A DNA stretch of 63,882 bases, counting the filler, from Thraustochytrium aureum (Eukaryota): the NCBI GenBank assembly GCA_012862495.1. It is 5 parts of 4 records of this genome, joined end to end, with 100 filler letters (N's around TTAATTAATTAA, not from the genome) between each part and the next. Parts side by side here need not be neighbours in the genome. Positions count along the whole stretch, not along the records: positions 1 to 23,704 come from BLSG01000353.1; 4 more parts are not named here. One strand, written 5' to 3'. Below are positions 1 to 12,227 of the stretch, in pieces (position 1 is the first letter of the stretch; every line of letters begins with the position of its first letter). The notes below the pieces were generated by a model that worked only from the letters and a program-made list of their open reading frames with translations, made no database searches and was not told where the DNA came from. The translations under genes and the position numbers were made by a program.

Positions 1-1
1 G

Positions 2-196
2 CTCGGCCCGCTGCTTCGGCACCTGTTTGGCGACAACGCCGAGCTGCGGCGGGAGGTGGAGCAGCGCGAGCTGGAGTTGCGCGAGGCGCTCGCAGCGCTG
101 CGCGAGCAGGCTGCCGCCAACGGGCCGCTCGAGCGACGGTCGGCGGGAGGTGGCCCGTCCAGGCCTGCAGAGATCCTGGAGCTAGACGAGCGGTAG
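2..196 (+). CDS. 3' end of an unidentified gene (helical, charged C-terminus)
   Basis: Frame 2 reads LGPLLRHLFGDNAELRREVEQRELELREALAALREQ...EILELDER* with coding-like GC3. It is truncated by the window start. Confidence 0.5.
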   Translation, partial: LGPLLRHLFGDNAELRREVEQRELELREALAALREQAAANGPLERRSAGGGPSRPAEILELDER

Positions 197-420
197 CTCG
201 CAGCTTGGCTGGCTTTTTTAAAACACAGCACGCAAAGGCAAGAGACCGGGCGCTGCGGCGACGGTCCGCTGGCTGGCGGCCCTGCGGAGATCCGCGGCCC
301 TCGGGGAGAGGGGCGACGAAGCGCTGCTGGGGGAGCCGCTGGTCTTCAGACGAGCGATACCTACATCTATCGAAAAGAAAAAGGGAATTGTGCCGCTTCT
401 CCGCGCGCTGCGGTTCTGCT

Positions 421-1322
421 CTAGCGGTCCACGAGGCGCTTGAGCGCGCTCCACTCGTACTTGCCATGCGGGAAGAACTTTTCAATCTGGGACTGCGCGT
501 GCATGAGCAGGTCTTCGCTGCAGGTGCGGAGTTTGGCGCCCGTCTGCATGGCCTCGATCTGGATGCGGCAGCAGCGGTCCAGGTAGTAGGTGCGCACCCA
601 GGCCTCCTGGATGCTGCGGCCCACCACTGTGGCGCCGTGGTTGCGCATGATCAGCGCAATGCGGTCTTTGCCGAGGCTGCCTGCGATCCGCTCTTTCTCC
701 TCGTCCGCACTGTGCAGGCCTTCGTACTCGTGGTAGCCGAGGCGGCCGTAAAAGGGCGCCGAGTCTTGTGTGAGAAACTTGAACCCGTCCTCTAGGACGC
801 TCACAACGCAGATGGCCGGCGTGTGGATGTGGATGATGGCGCGCACGTCCGGCCGCGCGGCATAGATGCCGCTGTGGATCACGTTTCCTGCCTCGTCGAT
901 CGAGTCGAAGACGAGGTCCTCTGCTCTGATCTCGCTAAAGTGCATCCCGCCGGGCGTGATGAGGAAGGTGTCGCTCGGGAGTTCGCAGCAGTCGGCCGTT
1001 TGGTTGTCGAGGCACCGGGCGCTGATGTGATTCCACACGAGGTCGTCAAAGTGAAACTTGGCCATCAGCCTGTGCGCCACTTTGAGGTCTTGCCTGATCT
1101 CGCTTTCCGTCCGCGCGATCTCCGAGTGGAAGATCCTGTCGACCATCGTGCGCTGCTGGGCAGACCAGGACTCTTGTTCCTTGCTGCGCGACGGGCCTGT
1201 TGTGAGCACACCACCACGAGCCCCTCGCCCCGCCCGCGCAGCCCGTGCACTTACCTGCTGATCACCTTCTCGATCATCTGCCTCTGCGGGCCCGACATCT
1301 GCCTCGGAATATCCGTGGACAT
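421..1322 (-). CDS. Class II aldolase/adducin-head domain protein (2 exons: 1322-1255, 1183-421)
   Basis: Motifs WNHISAR, FLITPGG, IHSGIYAARPDV, IIHIHT and MRNHG. Intron 1184-1254 (GTAAGT...CTCAC...CAG) joins MSTDIPRQMSGPQRQMIEKVIS in frame to SKEQESW. Confidence 0.88.
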
Positions 1323-2742
1323 CGCCCGCGCGCCCAGGCCGGCAGTCCCGGCCCGCAGCGCATTCGAGGCAAGCGCCGCCCGGCCGACGACTCTTGCGGG
1401 CCCGAGCAGCCCCATCTCCTCTAGGCAGGCGCTTCACGCGCAGCGAGACCCCCGAGCTATCGCGATCGCGCCCTCTTTGCACGGCCGCCGCTCGCGCTTT
1501 TCTGCCGCTTGCGCTGCTGCTCGTTGGGCGTCTGCGCTCGGCCCGTCTTGGGCTTCCTCCGGCGACTTTATCGAGAGGCCAAGTTGNNNNNNNNNNNNNN
1601 NNNNNNNNNNNNNNNNNNNNNNNNNNNNNNNNNNNNNNNNNNNNNNNNNNNNNNNNNNNNNNNNNNNNNNNNNNNNNNNNNNNNNNNNNNNNNNNNNNNN
1701 NNNNNNNNNNNNNNNNNNNNNNNNNNNNNNNNNNNNNNNNNNNNNNNNNNNNNNNNNNNNNNNNNNNNNNNNNNNNNNNNNNNNNNNNNNNNNNNNNNNN
1801 NNNNNNNNNNNNNNNNNNNNNNNNNNNNNNNNNNNNNNNNNNNNNNNNNNNNNNNNNNNNNNNNNNNNNNNNNNNNNNNNNNNNNNNTATCTATTCGTGC
1901 ATGGCCCTGCCGGGCGGCTGCTCGCGGACTGTGGCCCATCTGCATGCGCGTCGGCGCAGGACCGGCGAGGTATGCGGTCCGGCTCGGGAGTCTGGCGTCG
2001 GGCTGCCAACGAAGCCCTGCTGGCAAGGGAACGCTCTTTCTGCGCTCGCGAGCTTGCTCCGGAAGCTCTACTAGAGCTAGAGAATACCCACACGAACGCG
2101 AACGCGCGCCGAGCGCTCCGGTGGGCCTTGCTTTCCGAGCCTTTCCTCGGCGCTGGGCTTGTTCGTGTCCATGGCTCTCGGTTCGCGACTGACAGCTTGC
2201 CACAGAGGCAAGTGACCATCCCGCCATCTCGATGGGGCGACGCGGCGCGCCCGCAACGCCTTGGGCCGCCAGCGACGTCAGACGGCCGACAAATAGCTCC
2301 AACCGTGTGTGTGACCCCTATCCACATCCAGTCGCCTCTTGCGTTCGACAGGCCCATCAAATCGCGTGGCGTGCCATGCCGCGCCAACGCCTGCTCTGCA
2401 TCAGGAGCCGCGAGCGCGGCCCAGGCCTCGCCGCCACGCACAACGATCCACCAGCGCCGTGCCACTTTTCGATACATCGTGATGGAGTCCGAGATGGAAT
2501 CTTGCCCAGTCGCCGCGCACCGCGGTCCACGTCACCGACCTCCTCCGGTGACTTGAATCGCGCGACGCACGCCAGCATGGGCAGTGCCACATGGGCAGCA
2601 GCAGCGCAGCAGCAGCGCAAGTGGTGCTGGATCGATCGATACCTGGCGGTGGGCGTTGGTCGGTGCCGTTCAAAGCACTCGCGGTGGTCTTTGTCGGGCC
2701 CGATTTGCGTTGGACCTCACCGCGTCTGGCGCCGGGCGGACG

Positions 2743-4065
2743 ATGATGACGGCCTCGGGCGAGCAGGCTGACAACGCGGCGACGGTGCACGGCGTGCCCG
2801 GGGATATGAGCAAGGGCGACTGCTGGGGCCTGGAGAGCTTGAGGACTGTCCTTGCGTTTGGGAATGGGAGCACGCGAAAGCCCCTCGCCTCGCTTCCAGT
2901 GGAGCAGTTGCTTGTTTTCCAGCATAAACTCAAGCTCCTCGCGCAGACGCCAGGTAAGTGGGTGGCGATGCGCGCAGAGCGGCGGTGTTGGCGCTGGCGG
3001 CCAAGCTGACGGGCGACGCCTGTCGCGCGGGAGCGCTGCAGGATGCTTCGTCAAGCCGCACCCCGAATACACCGAGCTGGAGGCCGACTTTGCGACGGAG
3101 CAAGATCGAGCTGCCGCGCTCGAGCTGACCAAGCGGCTAGAGGGCGTGTCGCGATGGAAGCCCAACCTGGTGCCGAGACTCGTTTCGGAAAAGCAGTTCT
3201 TCTCCAACTTTTTTGGGTTTGTTGCTGCCACGGCGGAAGAGCACTTCAGCGACGAGCGCAACTTGCAGTATTTTACTCGGACGATGCCGAGAGCGCTGCC
3301 AAAGGCGGAAAGAACAATGCTGCCCAGCAAGAGGCCCAGCAAGAGGCGCCCGCGCCTTCGCTTGCTGCTCAAGACGAGTCGACGCTACGGCAGGAGCTGC
3401 AGCTCTCGCTCGAGGCGGTCGGGGAGTCCGAGACTGCGCCAAGCAAGCCGGCCAAGCCAGCCACGATGGCCCCGCCTTCGCCGCCGACCAAGCCGAGCCA
3501 CCTCCGTGCCGACCCAGTAACGCCTCACGAGCCAGCCAAGGGGGGCNCGGCTTCGCCGGCGGCGTATCGCTTTGAGGGCACGATGCCAGTCGGCGCGACG
3601 AACGCAGAGCTCCAGGCGGCCTTCAAAGCGAAGAAGGTCCTTTTCTACGTGGAGCGCAACATGAATTCGAACGCCGTTGTTTACGAGGCAAATGTGTCTG
3701 GCAGCGCGTTGGACCCCACCGAGCCTGTCAAAGTGTACTGGATTTTGTACGCGCGAGAGCCGATCATCGAAGAAGGGCTCAACTTTGTTGAGCGGAACAG
3801 CGCTTATGGGTCGACGACAGTAAAGGCCACCGATAGACCTGGCTATGCGCTGACGCTCTCGGCTCTGCCGACCAAGCCCATTTTCATCAGCGTTGGCGAG
3901 GATGGACAGCTGCACGCCAGAACGTCAATCAGCGGCGCGGAACATGAACTTGTAAGCGTCTTCGTGCAGAGCACTACGTCGTGGGGCATGCCAAAGGTGG
4001 AATACATCGACGTCAAGGGCCGTTGCGCTGACGGGACCTTTGTCGTTGAACGCCTCAAGCCTTAG
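2743..4065 (+). CDS. BSD-domain + DUF4833-like domain protein (intron 2954-3041; apparent frameshift near 3275)
   Basis: BSD-like LVPRLVSEKQFFSNFF, then a Pro-rich linker. The C-terminal LFYVERNMNSNAVVYE...LDPTEPVKVYWI...GLNFVERNSAYG...KVEYIDVKG matches my recollection of DUF4833. The intron has GTAAGT, CTGAC and GCAG and restores frame (PGCFVKP). Confidence 0.7.
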
Positions 4066-5223
4066 TTCACAATCGAAAACTAAAAAAGCAAGGAGATCCG
4101 AAATGAAGGGTTAGTAACCTCATCAGCCGACCTATCGGGTCCACATTTGTCGCCCGCTCACGCGCTCACAGTTCTAGCCTTGGTTTANNNNNNNNNNNNN
4201 NNNNNNNNNNNNNNNNNNNNNNNNNNNNNNNNNNNNNNNNNNNNNNNNNNNNNNNNNNNNNNNNNNNNNNNNNNNNNNNNNNNNNNNNNNNNNNNNNNNN
4301 NNNNNNNNNNNNNNNNNNNNNNNNNNNNNNNNNCGGGTGTGCTGTCTGTCACCTCACGCCTGTGCGGTCTCTAGCTAGAGCTTCCGCCACAGGACTGTGA
4401 CGCGAGAGAAACCGAATGAGCCTGTGTCGGCTTCGGTTGCGATGGCCGCTGGCCGACTCGCTGACCATCCGTGGCAACTTCGGTCGGCGGGAAAGTCGTT
4501 GGGGGCCGCCGCGGGCCATCAAGTTGCAGCATGCAGCTCCTCTCAGCGGCAAACGGGTGACAAAAGTCGTTGAGGCCGACCTGCGCCGACCCAGAATACT
4601 TACCATGAGGCAGCCAGACCAACAGGCAAATAGCCTTCAAAGCAGAGGCGGGGCATGTCGCTGCGCGGGGGCTGCACCTCTCGCTTGTGAACCAAGCGTG
4701 CAGGTGAAAGGCTCTGTGCATCACACATATCCGTTGGAGTCGCCACCCCGCGCGAATCGGTGCAACAAAGACCTCAGTGCCGAGGTATTTATCTAAAGGC
4801 TTTGGAGCCCCCGTTTTGCCAAAAAGTCAGAATGCGTGCCTGAATGCCCCTTGCAGTGTAGCCGCCGCCGCGTTGCATTCTGCAGCCCGGCGCGGAGCGT
4901 TGCAAGATTTGAAAGGCGCTGGCTGGCTCGTCCTCTAAAAAACACAAAACAGCATTCCATCGCTGCTGGACTTGCTCCAAGCGAGGCTTGCATGGTTGCA
5001 AGTTCGAAGGCAACCTCACCTCGCTGACCTTTCCCTGGGTTTGACATCACTCGCTCCACTCCACTTCACCTCACTTCACCTCACGTTCGTTGTATTGGCA
5101 AGTTGCCGCAACCCAGTTCTGGATCGGTTTGGAGCGCAAGCGAGCTCGCTGCAGTGTCGGGAAGGACGTGGCGAAGACGCAGGGTGCGAAAGCGCGCGCC
5201 TCGCGGCCGGCTGCAGCGGCGCA

Positions 5224-6291
5224 ATGGGGTCCCTGATCCTCCCAAAGTTGAAGAGTAAGTTTGCTCAAAGTCTGCTCTTGGCCGGCACGTCGTGGGTCGG
5301 CGCGCTCTGCATTTGCTGACGTAGCGCGCGGGCTCACCTGGACAGACCTCGACGCATCGAAGGAGACGCTCGAGCTAGTGCTAAAGTCCCGGGTGCTTAC
5401 CAGCTTCCTGCGCGAGTATGCGGACTCGCAGTTCTCCTCGGAGAGCTTAGCCTTTATCCAGGCAGAGCAAAACTTCCGCGCCGAGTACGACAACTTCGTG
5501 TACGCCGACAAGGTCAAGCAGAAGGTTCAGGAGCTGTACGACTTTTACCTCGACGATGAAAAGTCGGAGATGCAGATCTGCCTCACAAGCGACGAGGCGC
5601 AGTACATTCTGACGCGCGTCGAGTCGCAAACTACGCAGCCGACATGTTTTCCCGGCTCCTCGATAATCCCAAGCTCACCGTCGAACGTGACATCTTCCCG
5701 CGGTTCCTGCGCAGCAAGTACTTTGAGGAGATGAAGGCCTACATCGCCGAGCCGATCAAAGGGTACGTGGCGGAGTACTGCCCAGACAAGGTGACGTTGA
5801 TGGACCTGCCAGACCCGCCAGACCTGAGCGACCCGGACCTCTGTTTCACGTTTGAGCAAGTGGTCAGCGACTACTTTTTGTGCCGCGCGTTTCTCGCCTA
5901 CCTGCGCGAGTTGCGCTGTGCAGAGAATCTGGAGTGCCTGCTCATGATCAGGCTGTACAAGGCGCGCCACGATTGCGTTGATATCAGCCCGCTCGAGGCC
6001 CGCGACCGGGCCTTTGCCATATATTTCCGCTTCCTCCACCCAGGGTCAGCGGACGAGGTTTCCGTAGACTCGCACCAGCGCCACTACATTGGCCAGTATA
6101 TGGCCAAAGAGAAGCCCCCGCTCGAGCTCTTTGATAAGCTAGAGCGCGTCATGATGCAACAGCTCAAGCAGCACAACTGGGCAGGGTTCGCTTCCTCTGA
6201 CGCCTACAAGGAGCTACCTCAGCTACTCAGCGCTGAGCTAGCAGCCCAAAAGACCAGCCGCCGCGGAAGTCAGGCCTGCTCACTCATGTAG
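5224..6291 (+). CDS. Tandem RGS-domain protein with C-terminal CaaX box (intron 5255-5345; apparent frameshift near 5640)
   Basis: RGS1: FLREYADSQFSSESLAFI...LYDFYL...DIFPRFLRSKYF. RGS2: FLAYLRELRCAENLECL...IYFRFLHPGS...FASSDAY. The protein ends in CSLM*. Confidence 0.85.
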
Positions 6292-6688
6292 ACTAGAAAC
6301 TGAACGAAACAACCTGCAATGCATCCTTGCCGACCAACTCAACATCTCGAGAGCGAGGCCAGCGTCTCGCGCTCGTCGCTTGGCGAAGAGGGGCGTCGGT
6401 GTTGCCCAAGAGCAATTGGCGAGGGAGGACTCGTTTTCGAACGAGTCTGCGCTTGAAAAACCACGGGCAGCTCAGCAAGAGCAAGGAAAAAGGGGCTCGG
6501 ACTGTGCAGACCGAAGCCGAGCTGCATCGCGTCGTCTTTGGCCACAGAGTTTTGGAGGCTTGGGAGATCACCATGCACCGCGCGTGCAGTCGGCTGGCCG
6601 CCTTCATCTGGTGCTTCATGATCGGACAGCAGCAAAACGATTTCGCACTTCGAGCTTGGGACGACGGTCACGCGAAGACCGAGCCGCC

Positions 6689-7394
6689 ATGGGGCGCACT
6701 ACCGTGGCCGAGTGGGCCGTAGACGACGACGGGAAGGTCGTGCTCCACGTAGACGGTGACGGCGACACAGGCCGTGTCTGGGTCCTGGAGATGCTTGCCA
6801 AGGCGAATGGTGACAACTTTGACAACACGATCAAGCCGAGCATGATTGCGGCAATCCACGCCGCGCTGGACAGGGTAGAAGGGGACAGCGCGGGCGGCGA
6901 GCGCTCGCTAGTAACGACGTCCAAGGGCAAGGCGTTCAGCACGGGGCTGGACCTGGAGTGGCTGATGGTGCAAGACAGGAAGGCCCAACTTGACCTGCTT
7001 GATTCCTTTCACAAGCTCCTCGCCCGCATGCTCTCCTTGCCGTTTCCAACAGTGGCGGCTATCAATGGGCACGCTTTCGCGGGCGGCCTTCTTTTCGCGC
7101 TGGCGCACGACTACCGGGTGATGAACATGGACAAGGGATTTGCCTGCATGTCCGAGGTGGACATTGGCGCCCCTCTAACGCCGCCGCTCATGGCTCTCAT
7201 CAAGGAGAAGCTGCCGCGCAGGCTGGCCGCAAAGCTCATGCTGGAGGGCGTGCGTCTCAGCGCGGTGCAGCTCGCCGACGAGCGCGTCCTGGATCAAGCG
7301 CTCCCGGCTACCCAAGTCTATGCTGGAGCAATGGACCTTGCCCGCGCCATGGCGCCAAAGGGCGCCAGCGCGGCGTCCGGCCCTCTCAAGGAGG
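6689..7394 (+). CDS. Enoyl-CoA hydratase/isomerase family protein (delta3,delta2-enoyl-CoA isomerase-like), 3' end in gap
   Basis: Crotonase motifs AFSTGLDL, PTVAAINGHAFAGG, AHDYRVM and MSEVDIG. Confidence 0.9.
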
Positions 7395-7706
7395 NNNNNN
7401 NNNNNNNNNNNNNNNNNNNNNNNNNNNNNNNNNNNNNNNNNNNNNNNNNNNNNNNNNNNNNNNNNNNNNNNNNNNNNNNNNNNNNNNNNNNNNNNNNNNN
7501 NNNNNNNNNNNNNNNNNNNNNNNNNNNNNNNNNNNNNNNNNNNNNNNNNNNNNNNNNNNNNNNNNNNNNNNNNNNNNNNNNNNNNNNNNNNNNNNNNNNN
7601 NNNNNNNNNNNNNNNNNNNNNNNNNNNNNNNNNNNNNNNNNNNNNNNNNNNNNNNNNNNNNNNNNNNNNNNNNNNNNNNNNNNNNNNNNNNNNNNNNNNN
7701 NNNNNN

Positions 7707-9592
7707 CTGCCGCGGAGGCCACGGGCGAGGCGACCAGGGAGGCGTATTGGGGCAAGGTTGCGCACGAGCTCGAGTGGAGCAAGCCTTTCACGATAGCGCT
7801 GGACTCGAACGCAAAGCCCTTCCCGCAATGGTTTCCGGACGGCGAGCTCAACGTGTGCCACAATGCGGTGGATCGGTGGGTGCAACGCGGGCATGGCGCG
7901 CGCGCGGCGCTGCAGTACGAGTCGGCCGCGACGGGGCGGTCCCAACAAGTCTCCTTCAGCGAGCTGCAGGACGCCGTGGCGCGCTTTGCTGGGGCGCTGG
8001 CGGCGCGCGGCGTGTCCAAGGGCGACCGCGTGGTGATCTATATGCCAATGATCCCTGAGGCCGTCGTTGCTATGCTGGCCTGCGCGAGACTCGGGGCCGT
8101 CCACTCGGTGGTGTTTGGCGGTTTTGCCAGCAAGGAACTGGCCGCGCGCATCGACGACGCCCAGCCGAAGGCTGTGGTGTCGGCCTCGTGCGGCGTTGAG
8201 CCAAAGCGAATCGTGCCGTACGAGCCTCTGTTGGAGGGGGCGCTTGCAATCGCCAAGCACAAGCCTGCATCCGTGATCGTCAAGTTCCGCGAGGAGGTCG
8301 AGTCCCCCGAGAACGTCCATCCGAGTGCCCCGTTTGAGTCTTACGATGAGGTCATGGCCAGCGCGACCCCGCATGACTGCGTGCCGGTGCGTTCCACAGA
8401 CCCGCTGTACCTGCTATATACGAGCGGGACGACCTCGGCGCCAAAGGGCGTGCTCCGCGACTCGGGTGGCTACTGCGCGGCTCTCAAGTGGTCGATGGCC
8501 AACTTTATGGGCCTACAGGAGGGTGAGACGTACTGGGCCTGTTCCGACATTGGCTGGGTCGTCGGCCACAGCTACATCGTGTACGGTCCGCTGCTCCATG
8601 GGTGCACCAGCGTGTTGTTCGAGGGCAAGCCGGTCCTACCGGATGCGGGCGTGCTCTGGCGCATCGCCGAGCGTCATGGCGTCAATGCGCTCTTCACAGC
8701 GCCGACCGCTGCGCGCGCGATCCGCAAAGTGGACCCCGAGCTCCTGGAGGCGCGAAAGTACAACCTTGGTGCTCTGCGGACGTTGTTTTTGGCTGGCGAA
8801 CGCGCTGATCCGAGCACCGTGACGTTTTTCCAGGACAAACTGGGGGTCCCGGTCGTGGACAACTACTGGCAAACCGAGCTCGGTTGGCCCGCGCTAGGTG
8901 TGCAGAGCTCGCGCGTGGGCGTGCAACCTGGAAGCGCGGGTCGCCCCGTTCCCGGCTTTGACTTGCACGTCCTGGACGAGAGCTCCTCGGCCGAGCTCCC
9001 GCCAGAGCAGCTCGGCGACGTCTGCATCAAGCTGCCCCTCCCGCCGGGCGCGTTCTCCACGCTGTATCGAGCGGACGAACGCTGCAAGCAGGTCTACTAC
9101 GAGCCCCACCCAGGCTACTACATGACGGGTGACGCTGGCTTCCGGGACGCGGAGGGGTACTTTCACATCATGGCGCGCACGGACGACGTGATCAACTGCG
9201 CCGGCCACCGCCTGAGCTCTGGCGCCATCGAAGAGGTGCTCAGTGGCCACCCAGACGTGGCAGAGTGCGCGGTGATTGGGGTGCACGACGACGACAAGGG
9301 CCAGGTGCCGCTTGGATTGGTAGTCCTCCGCGATGGCGCGGCGCTCGGACCAAGTGCTGTGGAGAGCGAGCTCGTCGCTCGCGTCCGCGAGGACATCGGT
9401 CCGGTGGCCAGCTTCAAGCTCGTCTTTGTGGTCCAGGGCCTCCCGAAAACCCGAAGCGGCAAGATTCTTCGTGGAATCATGCTCAAGATTGCCGACGGTC
9501 ACCCGTATGCGGTTCCCGGCACGATTGAAGACGCCTCCGTGGTTGAGCAGGTTAAATCAGTGCTGGAGAGCAGGTGGCGGCATGAAAAGTGA
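7707..9592 (+). CDS. Propionyl-CoA synthetase / ACSS3-like acyl-CoA synthetase, 5' end in gap
   Basis: WFPDGELNVCHNAVDR, AMLACARLGAVHSVVFGGF, YTSGTTSAPKG, DNYWQTE, RTDDVINCAGHRLS and LPKTRSGKILR. Confidence 0.93.
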
Positions 9593-10175
9593 ACTGTCCG
9601 AGGGGGCAGGCGGAGGTCTCGATGGGGCTTGGCACTGTGACAGCGCTTAGTAACTCTCTCTGTTCTACTCCGGATCCCGTCGACGAGCCGCGAGCAAGGC
9701 GGAGTCCGAAGCAGGGAAGAAATGCAAGTAGGTAGAGTGCCACTTTCTGAAAAACGGATGATGCCGTTCCGTTGAGCAAGCGGCCCGTCCGCTCCACCAG
9801 TGTGATGCGATGTCGTCCGTACCTACGTGCGTGCAGGAGCCCACCAGTCTCCGGCGGTCTGGGCCAGCCAGCCAGCCCCTGGACCACCAAGCAAGCAAGC
9901 AAGCCAAGCCAAGCAAGCCAGCAAGCCGAGCAAGCCAAGCGCGGGCATTCCTTCGACGAATAGAAAGCACGTTCGCCACATGTCGCAGTGGTGGCATCCG
10001 GCCCGCTGCCAGACGCTCTTTCTGCTCCGCGCCCAGGACCCCGAGCAGCGAGGCGCAGCGGGCGGCGTTTCCTTCCAAGAGGCGCTCGACGCAAGCCTGA
10101 CTTGCTCAGAGGCAGACGGGCTCCGGCCTCCAGGCTCGTCGACGAGATCGTAGCGCGCGAGGCGCTCGCGCAAGG

Positions 10176-10819
10176 ATGAACGCGGAAGTGGACGCGACCC
10201 CAGCGAGCCCTGACAAGGGCCTAGCTGGCGGACCTGGCGCGCTGATTGACGATGAGGAAGCCGCCGACATGCTCGAGCACTCGCCGCTTCGCGTGCTCGG
10301 GTACTTTGGGCGGCTGGGCCGGCTTGTCGGCATGGCGGTCTCGAAGGGCCACAGGTACGTGGCCTACTCGTCGGACGTGGCCGAGTCGTTCCGGCCGGTG
10401 ATCGACCCCAAGTACATTCGCGCGGGTACGGGGTTGCCATCGCCTACGTAGTGGCCGACGTCGGCCTCACAGCGCACTCGGCCAAGGCGGCCAACAAGGA
10501 CGTGGTGCGTGCAACGGCGCAGCAGACCACGTTCCAGCTCCTCGGCAGTCTCATCCTGCCGAGCATCGTGATCCACCAGGCAGTGCACTTTTCGCAAAAG
10601 GCTTTTGCGAAGGCGCCAGCAAAGGTGCGCAAGTGGGGGCCCGTTGTTACCGGCTTGGGGCTCATCCCCCTCATGCCCGTCTGCATTGACGAGCCGGTCG
10701 AGCACGTGGTGCATGCCGGATTCGCGCGCTTCTGGCCCGAGGAGGGATCCGACGCGCATGGTCATGCTCCGGTGACTGCAGCCGCAGGAGAGGCCGCGCC
10801 AAAGTCTTCGACAAGCTAA
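10176..10819 (+). CDS. MTFP1: Mitochondrial fission process protein MTP18/MTFP1 (apparent frameshift near 10425)
   Basis: RYVAYSSDVAESFRPV continues in the shifted frame as YGVAIAYVVADV...FQLLGSLILPSIVIH...KWGPVVTGLGLIPLMPVCIDEPVEH. Confidence 0.88.
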
Positions 10820-11030
10820 CGCCAAGCAGGCAGGCTTGCCGAGCACTCTTGGCGTCTTCAGATCCTGTCCTGGCGCCTTCACGCCATCTGGGCGCCGGGC
10901 TCTCCTACAGCGGGCGGGCGTGCGGGTAGGCATGGCATCAAAAAGAGGTATCTTGAAGCCACTTTGGCGGTTGCTTTTCACAAACAAAGCGAGAATTGAG
11001 CTTGTCCTCCGACCCCGCGCGGGCCTTTCT

Positions 11031-11245
11031 TGGCCAAGGGCTTGGCCAAGGGCTTAGGGCTTGGCCAAGACCAAGTTGAGAAGGAATTCGTACAGGCGCA
11101 GGTTCCTTGCAGCCCGCTTGCGTACTCTTAAGTGGCCGGCAACGTTCCTTGTGGCCGGCTTTGTGGGCTCCCACGTGCACCGGCAAGGCTCCTTGCAGCC
11201 CACATTGTGTGCGCCGGCAAGGTTCCTTGCAGCCCGCTTGTGAGC
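11031..11245 (+). repeat. Short tandem (TGGCCAAGGGCT) and degenerate ~30-bp direct repeats
   Basis: TGGCCAAGGGCT occurs about twice plus variants at 11031-11070. Variants of CCGGCAAGGTTCCTTGCAGCCCGCTTG occur near 11097, 11136, 11180 and 11213. Confidence 0.6.
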
Positions 11246-12227
11246 TCGAAGCCCCTCCACGCTCTCTCGCGGCCAGAGCGCGAGCTTGTAGCTGGGAGCA
11301 GGGACGCCGCGTCCTGCTTCAATCAAACATGCACAAGCGATTGCGCAAATTGCGACTTTCCGTCTGTTCGCAAGAACGCGAAACGAGCAAACCGGTGGTC
11401 GGTCGTTCATACAAAGCCCGCCGCCATGCACCTGTGAGCGAGGGGTGCGACCAATTGACTCGTGTGTGCTTTTCTATGTTGGCACCAAGCAAGACGCATG
11501 GCGCCAAGTGCAACCAGCNNNNNNNNNNNNNNNNNNNNNNNNNNNNNNNNNNNNNNNNNNNNNNNNNNNNNNNNNNNNNNNNNNNNNNNNNNNNNNNNNN
11601 NNNNNNNNNNNNNNNNNNNNNNNNNNNNNNNNNNNNNNNNNNNNNNNNNNNNNNNNNNNNNNNNNNNNNNNNNNGCAGAGAAAAGCAATAGACCAGCCAG
11701 CGTCTTGCGAGCGAGGTTCTGCTCGGCAAGTGCTGCTTGAAGGGTCTCCACACGCTTCACTGCACCCCGAACCCACCGTGCGCCTCTCACCGACACCAAG
11801 ACACAGCCACGTGAAGTAGCTCGCTCGGCGGCCCTGGTAAGCCGCGCAGCCACCGTTGAACTCCAGCACGCGGAAGCGCCCATTCGCGCTTGACCCTGCG
11901 GTCGCAATTGCCAATCTGCAGCCGCTCTCAGTCAAGCGTACAGCACGAGCAGTGGCTGTTGAGTCCAAGCAAGAGGACGCCGCATGCCAGAACGCGGAGG
12001 CGAGGCCCGTTCCCGGCTGTGGAACGCCGCCCAGGGCGAACTGCGCAACGGCACGTGCGAGGTCATTTCGGCGAGGGCTCCCTTCCTGCCGCTCGGAGCT
12101 CTGCGGCGGCACAGCACAAAGCGCCAACTTGACGGCCTTGAACGCGGCATGGCACACGAGCAAAAGCCCCCATGCAAACGCACAGCCACAACGCTGCACC
12201 TTGCTGCCCTTTCTGGCCCAGTTGCGC

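Noticed and set aside
1888..2700. Long ORFs spanning the first gap
   Set aside because: Their length is inflated by Ns and the translations are low-complexity with no motifs.
6380..9592. 1070-aa ORF presented as a single protein
   Set aside because: It reads through 312 Ns and starts at a non-ATG codon. It is treated as two partial genes unless the gap is closed.
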